Assembly: GCA_022709525.1 (NCBI GenBank)
Contig: JAKLIQ010000002.1
Span: 128,984-192,983, forward strand
DNA: 64,000 nucleotides
Direction of reading: 5' to 3'
Source of the DNA: Candidatus Omnitrophota bacterium
GTDB lineage: Bacteria; Omnitrophota; Omnitrophia; Omnitrophales; Aquincolibacteriaceae
Under the pieces are notes generated by a model. That model ran no database searches, was not told the origin of the DNA, and saw nothing but the letters and a program-made list of their open reading frames with translations. Below, in pieces: positions 19,112 through 28,326 of the stretch. Position 1 is the stretch's first letter, and each line of letters opens with the position of its first letter. The position numbers and the translations under genes are program-made.

Positions 19112-20388
19112 TTTTTGAACACCAAGGATGCGTTTTGGCCGCCGAAGCCGAACGTGTTGAGCAGCGCTATTTTGACATCGCAGGACTTTGCCTTATCTTT
19201 GACAAAAGGCAGCGGGCACTCGGGATCCGGGTCTTTAAGATTGGTCACGGGCGGGATCTGCCCTTTTTTCGTCGCGAGAACCGTGATCACGGCTTCCGCG
19301 CTACCCGTACCGTAAACCAAATTCCCCGTCACCGGCTTTACTGCCGTCACATGAAGCTTTTTAAAACTCGAAGAATAAAACGAGTGGACCGCAAGCGATT
19401 CCTGGACGTCTTCCTGCGGAATGCCGCTCCCGTTCGCCATCAAAAGATCCACGTCGGACGGCTCAAGCGCGGCGTCCTCAAGGGCCCTGCGGATCGCGAC
19501 GCGCTTACCCGCAAAGTCATCGGGGTCGCGCGGATCATAATTAAAATCCGAAGAAGACCCGTAACCCGCGACCTCCGCATAGACCGAAGCCCCCCGTTTT
19601 TTTGCGCTCTCCAGTGATTCCAGGACAAGGATGCCGGCGCCTTCGCCCAAAACGATCCCGTCGTGTTTTCGATCGAACGGCGTATAGGCTTTTTCAGGCG
19701 ACGTTTCTTTGGCGGAAAGAAACCCGAGGAGTTGAAAGCGGGAAACGCCCATGGCGTTCAATTTAGAATCCGTACCGCCGGCCAGCATGATATCGGCGTC
19801 ACCGCGTTCGATCACGCGGTACGCTTCCCCGATCGCCTGAGTCGCCGCGGCCGAAGAGGTCGTGATCGTATTATTGGGGCCGCGCAGCTGATTGGCCACG
19901 GAAATATGACAAGCTGGCATGTTCGGAAGATACTTCAGGAACCATAGCGGAAAAAGCGACCGGATCCCGTCTTGGCCGAACTTGGTCATGGAAAAATGCC
20001 CGTTCTCGTCCAGTCCGTTCCGAAATCCCACTCCCACTTCATCGAGATCGTTATTGATGATACCGGTGCCGAGGATCACGCCGATGCGGGTTGGATCGTA
20101 ATTTTCTTTGGAAAGTTTCGCGTCCCTAAGCGCCAGACAGCTCGCCGACACCGCCATTTGGATCTCGCGCGACATCAATTTGATGGACTTGCGGTTCTCG
20201 ATGAATTGCTTAGGATCGAATTGCGGGAGCATCCCCGCGTATTTGAAGGAAGGTCCCATCCGAAGCGGCTCGGCGCTGCGAACAGCGGAACGGCCGTGAA
20301 CGGCGGCATCCCAATAAGGTTCCCAACCGATCCCGCAGGCGGTAATGACGCCGAATCCCGTGACGACAACGCGACGCTTGGAGGTCAT
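19105..20388 (-). CDS. KS-beta / chain-length-factor-like ketosynthase paralog (catalytic Cys and both His replaced)
   Basis: The protein has a KS fold, but the active-site motifs are altered. TTSSAAATQAIGE carries Cys to Ser, LMANGSGIPQ carries His to Asn, and VTGNLVYGTGSAE carries His to Asn. It overlaps the KS-alpha gene by 7 nt. Confidence 0.8.
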   Translation of the reverse strand: MTSKRRVVVTGFGVITACGIGWEPYWDAAVHGRSAVRSAEPLRMGPSFKYAGMLPQFDPKQFIENRKSIKLMSREIQMAVSASCLALRDAKLSKENYDPTRIGVILGTGIINNDLDEVGVGFRNGLDENGHFSMTKFGQDGIRSLFPLWFLKYLPNMPACHISVANQLRGPNNTITTSSAAATQAIGEAYRVIERGDADIMLAGGTDSKLNAMGVSRFQLLGFLSAKETSPEKAYTPFDRKHDGIVLGEGAGILVLESLESAKKRGASVYAEVAGYGSSSDFNYDPRDPDDFAGKRVAIRRALEDAALEPSDVDLLMANGSGIPQEDVQESLAVHSFYSSSFKKLHVTAVKPVTGNLVYGTGSAEAVITVLATKKGQIPPVTNLKDPDPECPLPFVKDKAKSCDVKIALLNTFGFGGQNASLVFKKC

Positions 20389-20822
20389 GAGGATTGAACG
20401 ACCTTTTCGCGGACTTTGAAATGATCCATGAAAGCGTCATGAAAGGTAACGGATTTTTTTTGCGAAGAAGAGAGCCCGTCGACGGCCATTAAAAGAAGTT
20501 TTGCGCGCGCCACCGGGCCTTCCGAACAAGTAATCGTGGCTTCAAGCCATCCGCCTTCAGACCCGAGACTTTCCGACCACGCCTCAACCTGAAGAGGTGT
20601 TCCGGGCTTTGGAACGCTCGTCACGGTAGCGCTTTCGATCTTGGCGAAGATGAGATCTTTTTGATAGTCGCTTTCCGCGCCGACCAAAAGCCCGCCCGTT
20701 TGGGCCATCATTTCGATGAAAAGGACCTCCGAGCTGTAGGGGGCCTGCGGGACTTTAGAGGATGCGGTCGCCTTTTTGCCGCGCTGGATCGAATGGACTT
20801 TTTCAAGAAGAAGCCAGCGCAT
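20385..20822 (-). CDS. Hotdog-fold FabZ/FabA-like protein lacking the catalytic His (probable non-catalytic dehydratase partner)
   Basis: A helix motif EMMAQTGGLLVG is present. There is no HxxGxP His motif. Confidence 0.5.
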   Translation of the reverse strand: MRWLLLEKVHSIQRGKKATASSKVPQAPYSSEVLFIEMMAQTGGLLVGAESDYQKDLIFAKIESATVTSVPKPGTPLQVEAWSESLGSEGGWLEATITCSEGPVARAKLLLMAVDGLSSSQKKSVTFHDAFMDHFKVREKVVQSS

Positions 20823-20823
20823 A

Positions 20824-21207
20824 TCATCTCCAGATCATGGCCTGCGCGCCGACAAGATCGCCGCTCCGGAAAAAGTGCCCTTCGCCGCGATAAAACTTCC
20901 GCGTCCGGCCTGCGCGCCATTCCATTTCAAAATGATCCCCCGCGCGCTTCTTGATCCTCATCCCCTGGAAACCTTCGAGGCCCATCCAGGATTCCCCGCA
21001 AGCCTTAAAGAACGCCTCCTTAGCCGTAAAAAGTTCCGCGAATTCCTGGAGTGAAAGTCGCTTGAACGAACGGCGCTCGGAGGGATTGAGGAAGCGTTCG
21101 CGAACATAGTCTTTATGCCGGGAAAGAAACTCTTTAACGCGGCCGCGGGATATGAGATCGACGCCGACGCCGCGAAGCGCGGTGGTTTTTTGTTTTACGA
21201 GCAGCAT
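20824..21207 (-). CDS. AcpS-type 4'-phosphopantetheinyl transferase (cluster-associated second copy)
   Basis: A 127-aa protein with motifs GVGVDLI and FTAKEAFFKA. The canonical acpS is at 59996..60376. Confidence 0.7.
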   Translation of the reverse strand: MLLVKQKTTALRGVGVDLISRGRVKEFLSRHKDYVRERFLNPSERRSFKRLSLQEFAELFTAKEAFFKACGESWMGLEGFQGMRIKKRAGDHFEMEWRAGRTRKFYRGEGHFFRSGDLVGAQAMIWR

Positions 21208-21608
21208 TTATCGGAGCAGGAATTCTTGCCCAAGCGGTCGGTCAGATAACGGAGAAGCATCTTGACCGTGAAACAATCGGCCAGCTTTGTGATCTGAGGG
21301 TCTTTTTTGAATTCATCAAGCTCAAGATAAGGAAGTTTTGTCCGAAGCTCCGTGAGGCCCTCAGCTGTAACCACGCCCTCTTTGACGAAACGTTCGTCAT
21401 TGAGGAGATGGCTCGGGAAGAGATCGCCGGCCGGGATCTTGAGATCGAAGGCCTTTTCGAGACGAAAGACGATGTCGATAAAATCAATGGATTCGGCCCC
21501 CAGATCCCGCTTCAGGGAAGCTTCCGGGGTGACCTCGGATTCATCGACGCCGAGCGCTCCGGCGAGTGTTTGCTGCACTTTCGCAAAAAGTTCTTTCTCC
21601 ATGATCAT
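21195..21608 (-). CDS. Acyl carrier protein with ~55-aa C-terminal extension ending in Cys-rich CSDKCCS
   Basis: The phosphopantetheine attachment motif DLGAESIDFID is present. A good SD (AGGAAGGA) lies upstream. Confidence 0.75.
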   Translation of the reverse strand: MIMEKELFAKVQQTLAGALGVDESEVTPEASLKRDLGAESIDFIDIVFRLEKAFDLKIPAGDLFPSHLLNDERFVKEGVVTAEGLTELRTKLPYLELDEFKKDPQITKLADCFTVKMLLRYLTDRLGKNSCSDKCCS

Positions 21609-21630
21609 TCTTTCGTCCTTCCTAAGTTGT

Positions 21631-22038
21631 CTATGACAATGGTGATGGCTGAGGATTTTTAACTTTGGCCAGCGTCAGTTTGGCCGACACGGCAACTTCG
21701 CCGTGATAATACAACTTTGCGTCCCAGGTCGTCTCTGCGTCCGTTCCCTGCACAAGCGTCAGGCGGCTTTCCCAATCATCGCCCGGCCTGAGGTATTTCG
21801 TGAACCGGGTGGCCCGTATTTGTTTTAAGAAATAATGCTGCCCTGCACCGCCCTTTAAGGAATCCAAATAACGTTCGGCGGTCTGTTTCAGCATTTCAAG
21901 CGCCAGAACTCCCGGCAGCACCGGAAATCCCGGAAAATGATCTTGGAAGAACTCCGAGTCTTCGGGGATGCGGCCGCAAGCCGTGATCCCCTCACCTTCC
22001 TTGGCCCAAAGTACCTTCTCGATCGCGAGTTTTGTCAT
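21631..22038 (-). CDS. FabZ-like beta-hydroxyacyl-ACP dehydratase (hotdog, catalytic His present)
   Basis: The active-site motif reads FFQDHFPGFPVLPGVLALEML. Confidence 0.8.
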   Translation of the reverse strand: MTKLAIEKVLWAKEGEGITACGRIPEDSEFFQDHFPGFPVLPGVLALEMLKQTAERYLDSLKGGAGQHYFLKQIRATRFTKYLRPGDDWESRLTLVQGTDAETTWDAKLYYHGEVAVSAKLTLAKVKNPQPSPLS

Positions 22039-22042
22039 GATC

Positions 22043-22723
22043 TCATTTTTTCTCTAGCACATAGACCCCGTTCAAAATGCGAAATCCGGCAAGCCAGGTA
22101 TAAAAATTTTTAAAGGAAGCCACTTTAAAACCTGCCGTCCCAAAAAACCCCCTCCACGCTTCATCCGTGCGAAATTGATGCGGATGAGACATGAACTCCA
22201 CGTTCAAGAGCCGGTCCCGGACGATCGTCCAGAACCGCCCGAGCGCATGATGATAAAGGTCCTCAACGACAATGACTTTGCTGCGCGTTACCCGGCGCAC
22301 TTCTTTAAAAAGCGCTTCCGGGTCCGGGACATGATGAAGCATCGTCACAAGGATCGTCACATCAAAACTTTGATCCGGGAACGGGATCCGGGATCCGTCA
22401 TAGAGCATGACCGGGACTTTTTGATACCCGGGTTTTACCACATCCAGCACCAAGGACTCATGTCCGCGCTTGCGTAACGGCTCGGCATAAAACCCCCAGC
22501 CCCCGCCCAAATCCAAAATGCGGGAACCCGGAGAAAACTCTTTCTCAAAAAACCGTACGATATTTTCGGCGCGCGCCTCAAGGGCGCGATGGACAAAACG
22601 GCTTACAATCCCATCCAGCGCCAGGCGCTGGAAACCTTGCAGGCTTTTTTTGATTGAGTTCACGATGCTGGTCGTTCTGTTTTTGAGCGGAGAATTATAG
22701 CATAGGGCGTCTTTTTGCCCCAA
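22043..22723 (-). CDS. Class I SAM-dependent methyltransferase
   Basis: Motif I reads ILDLGGGWG. An acidic residue follows the beta2 strand (VLDVV). Confidence 0.7.
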   Translation of the reverse strand: MGQKDALCYNSPLKNRTTSIVNSIKKSLQGFQRLALDGIVSRFVHRALEARAENIVRFFEKEFSPGSRILDLGGGWGFYAEPLRKRGHESLVLDVVKPGYQKVPVMLYDGSRIPFPDQSFDVTILVTMLHHVPDPEALFKEVRRVTRSKVIVVEDLYHHALGRFWTIVRDRLLNVEFMSHPHQFRTDEAWRGFFGTAGFKVASFKNFYTWLAGFRILNGVYVLEKK

Positions 22724-22842
22724 GAATCTTTTTTGATGCCAACCTCCGTCCCCGGTTTATCCTTTTTCCTTCCGATTTCATTTGATATCTGCTATCTTAC
22801 CCACCATCCTGGCTTTTGTTTTCATATCATTAATGGCTGCCA

Positions 22843-22889
22843 GGATGACCCCAATTTCAACTTCATTAAAATTGAAAGGTATTGGGACC
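22843..22889 (+). promoter_or_regulatory. Copy C of a conserved ~48-nt element ending exactly at the fabL-like ATG
   Basis: Read as GGATGACCCCAATTTCAACTTCATTAAAATTGAAAGGTATTGGGACC, followed directly by ATG. See findings for the three-copy comparison. Confidence 0.6.
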
Positions 22890-23648
22890 ATGACGAATCC
22901 GCTGAAAGGCAAAGTCGCTCTCATTACAGGGGCTTCCCGGGGCATCGGACGAGCCATCGCCCACCGCTTGGCCGAAGACGGTGTTCATATTGCGGTCAAT
23001 TATCTTCAGAATGAAGCGGCCGCGAAAAAGACCGTTGAAGAGCTCCAGGCCAAGGGCGTCAAAGCCGAGGCCTTCCAGGCGAATGTCGGTGATCTCGATA
23101 CTCACAATCCCCTGCTTGAAAATGTCCTCAAAACCTTCGGAACGCTGGATATCCTGATCCACAACGCGGCGCTCGGCGCTTTCAAGCCTGTTCATCGCCT
23201 TAAGATGAACCAGTGGGATCTTTCCATGGATATCAACGCTAAAGCGTTCCTGGCGCTTACTCAAAAAGCGCTTCCGATCATGGAAGCGAAAAAGGAAGGC
23301 ATCATCATCGCTCTCTCAAGTCTGGGCGCGCACCATTTTATCCCCAACTACGGTGCTATCGGGATCTCCAAAGCCGCGATCGAAACCACGGTCCGCTATC
23401 TCGGCGTGGAATTAATGCCGAAGGGCATCAGGGTGAACGCGGTTTCAGGCGGGCTCGTCGATACGGATGCGTTGAAATCATTCCCGTTTTTTGACGCTTT
23501 TAAGGAAGAGGTTTTAAAGCGGACTCCCGCCGGAAGGATCGGAAAACCCGAGGATATGGCCCGCGTGGTCGCGTTCCTTTGCTCCCCGGAATCGTCCTGG
23601 ATCGTCGGCCAAACCCTCATCGCCGACGGCGGACTTTCCCTCATCTAA
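22890..23648 (+). CDS. fabL: FabL/FabI-type enoyl-ACP reductase (SDR with Y-x6-K)
   Basis: The nucleotide-binding motif GASRGIGRA is present. IPNYGAIGISKAAIETTVRYLG resembles FabI [22 protein letters not shown]. The start was chosen at the ATG that has the conserved upstream element. Confidence 0.75.
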   Translation: MTNPLKGKVALITGASRGIGRAIAHRLAEDGVHIAVNYLQNEAAAKKTVEELQAKGVKAEAFQANVGDLDTHNPLLENVLKTFGTLDILIHNAALGAFKPVHRLKMNQWDLSMDINAKAFLALTQKALPIMEAKKEGIIIALSSLGAHHFIPNYGAIGISKAAIETTVRYLGVELMPKGIRVNAVSGGLVDTDALKSFPFFDAFKEEVLKRTPAGRIGKPEDMARVVAFLCSPESSWIVGQTLIADGGLSLI

Positions 23649-23658
23649 AAAGACCGGC

Positions 23659-23850
23659 TTAATTCCCCGGCTTCGGCTTGCACTCTTTGCTTTGGCAGCA
23701 GCATTGGCCGATCAACTCTTTAATGATGATCACAGCGCCGAGAACCGTCAAAGCGATCGCGCCCCATGCGACTTTCCACCAGGCGAAAACGATCACAAGC
23801 GCGCCGATAAGGATGCCGCAGCAACAGCATGGTTTTTTAGCTTCTTCCAT
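23659..23850 (-). CDS. Small membrane protein with CCCC and CCC cysteine clusters (hypothetical)
   Basis: The 63-aa product reads MEEAKKPCCCCGILIGALVIVFAWW...QCCCQSKECKPKPGN. A strong SD (AAAAGGAGGG) lies upstream. Confidence 0.5.
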   Translation of the reverse strand: MEEAKKPCCCCGILIGALVIVFAWWKVAWGAIALTVLGAVIIIKELIGQCCCQSKECKPKPGN

Positions 23851-23861
23851 AATCCCTCCTT

Positions 23862-24071
23862 TTAGCTGGTTGTGATGCTCCCCGGGGCGGGACTGCCGGG
23901 AATATAATCCGCCGTATCAAAACCTACTTGTCTGCCTTTTGCTTCTCCTTTTGAATCTGTATGCCAATAACCGGCGCCGCCCGAAAAACGGACGCATCCC
24001 GGAAAAAAAATAATGAAAAATAACGCGCACAAAAAAGCTATCCCGCGAAATAAATGACCCATGTTATCCAT
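23862..24071 (-). CDS. Small secreted/membrane-anchored protein (hypothetical)
   Basis: A signal-like N-terminus is present (FLCALFFIIFFPGC). Confidence 0.3.
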   Translation of the reverse strand: MDNMGHLFRGIAFLCALFFIIFFPGCVRFSGGAGYWHTDSKGEAKGRQVGFDTADYIPGSPAPGSITTS

Positions 24072-25638
24072 GTTTTCTACTCCCTTGGGCGACCCCGAGG
24101 CTCATGATCAAGAAAACCCCCATCACCGCGAACGGGAACATCCATCCTCCTTTCCTGAAAAAAGTATAGGAAGTCAGAAGCGGAAGGTCCAGCGTCTTTT
24201 GCCCAAAAACAAAAATGGCCTCGCCTTTCTGATCCGTCACGGTCCCCAGGATCTCCCCGCGATGGGAAATAAAGGCGGAGACGCCCGTATTGGCCGAACG
24301 CACTACCGCGACCCCGTTCTCCACGGCGCGGAAGATCGAGGCCTGAAGATGCTGGAACGGAGCGCCGGTATGCCCAAACCAGGCGTCATTGGTGATCACA
24401 ACGATAAATTTCGCGCCGCGATCCGCCAAGAATCTCGCAAGATCTGAAAAAATATCCTCAAAACAGATCAGGACCCCGAACGGCCATTCCTCCCGTCCCC
24501 ACCGGAAGATCACCGAATCGACTCCCGCGCTGAAATCACCCACCCCAAGCGCGTCCGCGATAGGCGTCAACCAGCCCAAAATGAATTTGAGCGGAACATA
24601 TTCTCCAAACGGCACAAGCCGTAATTTGTCGTAATATTTTTGAAAAGCACCGTCTTTTTCCAAAAGGTATGCGCTGTTGTAAACCTCCTGCTCGCTGACC
24701 CAACGAAGCCCGCCGATCAAGAGAGGGGTTTGGACTTCCTGCGCGAGACGGGAGATCTGTTCCGCCTGAAGGTCTCTGTTGAAGTAACCCGGAAAAGCCG
24801 CTTCCGGCCAAATGATGAGATCTGATTGTTCCATCGCGGCAAGCTGGGTCAAGCGGTCATAGATCTCGAGTATTTTTTCTTTGGCCATGACAGCCCATTT
24901 GACGGATTGCGGGATATTCCCCTGGAGGATCGAAACCCGAAGGTATTCTTGGGGCCGGGCCGGCTGCCCGAGCGTTATTTTCCCGTAGCCCAAAAGACCC
25001 GCAAGGGTCAGAACCGCGGCCAAAATAAAACCCAAAACTATGCGGCGGTTCTTATGCTCCGCGAAGGCATAAAAAAAAGAAACGTTAACAAATGCGATCA
25101 CAAATCCAAGCCCGTAGGCCCCGAAAAGATTCGCGAACTGGATAAGAGGAACATAAGCGGATTGGGAATACGCGAGGAGATTCCACCCGAACCCGAAGAC
25201 CGGCATTTCGGAACGGAAGATCTCGGAAAACGTCCATGCCAGGCTGATCCAAAGGGCTTTAAAAATAACCGACCGTTTCGATCTCATTCCGCGGTGAACG
25301 AACCAGGCGAATATCATAAAATAAAAAGACTCCATCACTGTGACCATGATCCATCCCGGAGCCGAAACGTGAGTGAGCCAATGCATGGAAAAACCAAAAA
25401 AAGCGATACCGGCGATCAACCCATAACCCAAGGACTGCGAAAGATCATGCGCGCGATGAATGGCTGCCAGAAGCGGTATGAAAGCGACCCATGCGAGGAA
25501 TCCCCAACCGGGGGACGGATAACAGACCGCGAGCAAAATACCGGAACATGCGGCTAACAACTTCGGAGAAAGGCGCAGGGCGCGCGCGAACTTCTTCTTG
25601 GATTTTGCGGATAATTCGTGTTGGGAATTAAGACTCAT
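24064..25638 (-). CDS. lnt: Apolipoprotein N-acyltransferase
   Basis: A polytopic N-terminus is followed by a CN-hydrolase domain ([18 protein letters not shown]). The start was trimmed to MSLNSQ so the gene does not run through the secA 3' end. Confidence 0.8.
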   Translation of the reverse strand: MSLNSQHELSAKSKKKFARALRLSPKLLAACSGILLAVCYPSPGWGFLAWVAFIPLLAAIHRAHDLSQSLGYGLIAGIAFFGFSMHWLTHVSAPGWIMVTVMESFYFMIFAWFVHRGMRSKRSVIFKALWISLAWTFSEIFRSEMPVFGFGWNLLAYSQSAYVPLIQFANLFGAYGLGFVIAFVNVSFFYAFAEHKNRRIVLGFILAAVLTLAGLLGYGKITLGQPARPQEYLRVSILQGNIPQSVKWAVMAKEKILEIYDRLTQLAAMEQSDLIIWPEAAFPGYFNRDLQAEQISRLAQEVQTPLLIGGLRWVSEQEVYNSAYLLEKDGAFQKYYDKLRLVPFGEYVPLKFILGWLTPIADALGVGDFSAGVDSVIFRWGREEWPFGVLICFEDIFSDLARFLADRGAKFIVVITNDAWFGHTGAPFQHLQASIFRAVENGVAVVRSANTGVSAFISHRGEILGTVTDQKGEAIFVFGQKTLDLPLLTSYTFFRKGGWMFPFAVMGVFLIMSLGVAQGSRKHG

Positions 25639-28312
25639 TGACACCACAACATTTTTTATATTTTTTCCCGCTGCCGCAGGGACAGGGATCATTGCGGCCG
25701 ACTTTCTCGTGGGCGCGTTTGATAGGCGTCGGAGCCTGATCATCGGGAGCTTCGTTGCGCGGCGAAAAAGGCGACGGAGCGTTCATACCGCGCGGAAGTT
25801 TCGCGGAAGGCGCCGGCTTCGATTCCGGAAGAACCGCTTCGGGATGAAGATATTGTGTTTTGGATTCTTCGACCGGATTGGCCAGCTTTGTTTCACGAAC
25901 CGCCTGAACGCGGAAGAGAAGTTCCACAGCCTCTTCCTTGACGCTATCGGTCATCTGATCGAACATATCGAATGCTTCACGTTTGTATTCCACAAGCGGG
26001 TCACGCTGGCCGTAAGCGCGTAAGCCGATCCCCTCCCGCAGATTGTCGAGGGCGTAAAGATGTTCTTTCCACTTCGTATCGATCACCTGAAGCAGGATGA
26101 AACGCACCAGATACTGCGTGCGCTCCGGGCCGAATTCCCGTTCGCGCAACTCAAGCTGCTGGGCGGCTCTTTCTTCCAGCGCCTCCAGCAAAGCGTCCAT
26201 ATTATCGAGATTCTTTTCAACGGCCTCGCGGAACCCTCCGCCGAATTTTTCGCTTAATGCCGTAATGAGCCCTTCGGGGTCTTTATCCTCTTCGCGAATA
26301 TCGGGATTAATGTAAGTCAGGACCAAGTTCTCGATCACATTCTCGATCATTTGAAGCACGTGTTTTTTTAGTTCTTCGGGCGCTCCTTTTAAGACCAGAT
26401 CGCGCTCACCGTAGATCAGTTCGCGCTGGCGGTTCATGACATCGTCATATTCAAGCAGGTGTTTGCGGATCTCAAAGTTGTGGGCTTCCACGCGCTTCTG
26501 CGCGGTTTCCATCGCGCGGCTCACGAGCGGGTGCTGGATCTCATCACCCTCCTGCATCCCGAGACGTTGCATCATGGTCGAAATGCGGTCTGAGCCGAAA
26601 AGCCGCATGAGCTCGTCTTCAAGCGCAATAAAAAATTTCGAAGAACCGGGATCGCCTTGGCGCCCGCAACGGCCTCGCAACTGGTTATCGATGCGACGCG
26701 CCTCATGGCGCTCGGTGCCGATCACGGCAAGCCCGCCTTTTTCAGCCACGCCGGGGCCAAGCACAATATCCGTCCCGCGGCCGGCCATATTGGTCGCGAT
26801 CGTCACGATGCCGGGCTGCCCTGCCTGCGCCACGATCTCGGCTTCTTTTTCATGATACTTTGCGTTCAGTACCACGTGCGGCAAATTGATCTTCTGGAGC
26901 ATGCGGCTTAAACGTTCGGATTTTTCGATCGAGATCGTACCGACCAGTACCGGCCTTCCTTTTTTGTGCTCTTCGACGACCTCTCGCACCACCGCGTCGA
27001 ATTTTTCTTTTTCAGTCCGGTAAACACAATCCGCGGAATCAATACGGACACATGGGCGATTCGGCGGCATCACCACCACATCCAGCTTGTAGATCTTATC
27101 GAATTCTACCGCTTCGGTCGCGGCCGTACCGGTCATGCCGGCGAGTTTTTTATACATACGGAAATAATTCTGGAAGGTCACGGTCGCAAGCGTCTGGTTC
27201 TCGCGGCGGATCTCAACCCCCTCTTTGGCTTCAAGCGCCTGATGAAGCCCATCGGAGAAACGCCGGCCCGGCATGAGACGGCCGGTAAATTCGTCCACGA
27301 TCAGGATCTCCCCGTCTTTGACAACATAATCGACGTCGCGTTCAAAAAATTCCTTCGCGCGTAAAGCCGTCATCACATGATGCCGCTCGGCGACAGTGTC
27401 GGAATCGTGCATGTTCTCGACGCCCATGAATTTGGCAGCTTTCGATTCTCCCTGCTCGGTCATGCGGATCGTTTTGGCTTTTTCATCCGCGATGTAATCG
27501 CATTCTTTCTTGATCTCCTCGAGCTTGGCTTTCCACTCGGGATCGACCTCTTCTTTGACGATGCGGTGACCTTTAAGCGAAAGCGCGGCGCGCTCGGCCT
27601 TGTAATATTTGTCGGTGGAATCTTCGGCGGGACCTGAAATAATGAGCGGCGTGCGGGCTTCATCGATCAGAATGGAGTCGACTTCGTCAACGATCGCGTA
27701 ATGAAGCGGCCGCTGGACGCGCATATCAAGGCTTGTCACCATGTTGTCGCGCAGATAATCAAAGCCGAATTCGTTATTCGTCCCATAAGTGATATCGGAG
27801 GCGTAGGCTTTTTGGCGTTCTTCGTGCGGGATATCGTGCTGGATCACGCCTACTGTGAGCCCCAAAAATTCGTAAATGGGCCCCATCCAATTCCGGTCGC
27901 GGCGAGCGAGGTAGTCGTTGACGGTCACAAGGTGCACGCCTTTGCCTTCAAGGGCGTTGAGATAGATCGGCAGCGTGGCCACAAGCGTTTTTCCTTCACC
28001 GGTGGACATTTCGGCGATCTTCCCTTTATGGAGCACGATGCCGCCCAGGATCTGGACGTCGAAATGACGCATTTTTGTTGTGCGTTTCGAAGCTTCGCGC
28101 ACTACGGCAAAAGTTTCCGGAAGGATATCATCGAGCGTCGCGCCTTCCACGAGGCGTTTTTTGAATTCGCCTGTTTTGGCCCGGAGCTCTTCATCAGAAA
28201 GTTTTTGAATGGCGGGTTCAAACGCGTTCACCTGCGCCACGATCGGCCAAAGGAGCTTGAGTGTCCGGGTATTCTGCGTTCCGAATATTTTTTGAAGGAT
28301 ATAACCGAGCAT
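25628..28312 (-). CDS. secA: Preprotein translocase ATPase SecA
   Basis: DEAD-like motor motifs are present. The C-terminal zinc finger reads [14 protein letters not shown]. Confidence 0.95.
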   Translation of the reverse strand: MLGYILQKIFGTQNTRTLKLLWPIVAQVNAFEPAIQKLSDEELRAKTGEFKKRLVEGATLDDILPETFAVVREASKRTTKMRHFDVQILGGIVLHKGKIAEMSTGEGKTLVATLPIYLNALEGKGVHLVTVNDYLARRDRNWMGPIYEFLGLTVGVIQHDIPHEERQKAYASDITYGTNNEFGFDYLRDNMVTSLDMRVQRPLHYAIVDEVDSILIDEARTPLIISGPAEDSTDKYYKAERAALSLKGHRIVKEEVDPEWKAKLEEIKKECDYIADEKAKTIRMTEQGESKAAKFMGVENMHDSDTVAERHHVMTALRAKEFFERDVDYVVKDGEILIVDEFTGRLMPGRRFSDGLHQALEAKEGVEIRRENQTLATVTFQNYFRMYKKLAGMTGTAATEAVEFDKIYKLDVVVMPPNRPCVRIDSADCVYRTEKEKFDAVVREVVEEHKKGRPVLVGTISIEKSERLSRMLQKINLPHVVLNAKYHEKEAEIVAQAGQPGIVTIATNMAGRGTDIVLGPGVAEKGGLAVIGTERHEARRIDNQLRGRCGRQGDPGSSKFFIALEDELMRLFGSDRISTMMQRLGMQEGDEIQHPLVSRAMETAQKRVEAHNFEIRKHLLEYDDVMNRQRELIYGERDLVLKGAPEELKKHVLQMIENVIENLVLTYINPDIREEDKDPEGLITALSEKFGGGFREAVEKNLDNMDALLEALEERAAQQLELREREFGPERTQYLVRFILLQVIDTKWKEHLYALDNLREGIGLRAYGQRDPLVEYKREAFDMFDQMTDSVKEEAVELLFRVQAVRETKLANPVEESKTQYLHPEAVLPESKPAPSAKLPRGMNAPSPFSPRNEAPDDQAPTPIKRAHEKVGRNDPCPCGSGKKYKKCCGVNES

Positions 28313-28326
28313 GGATGATCCGTTCG

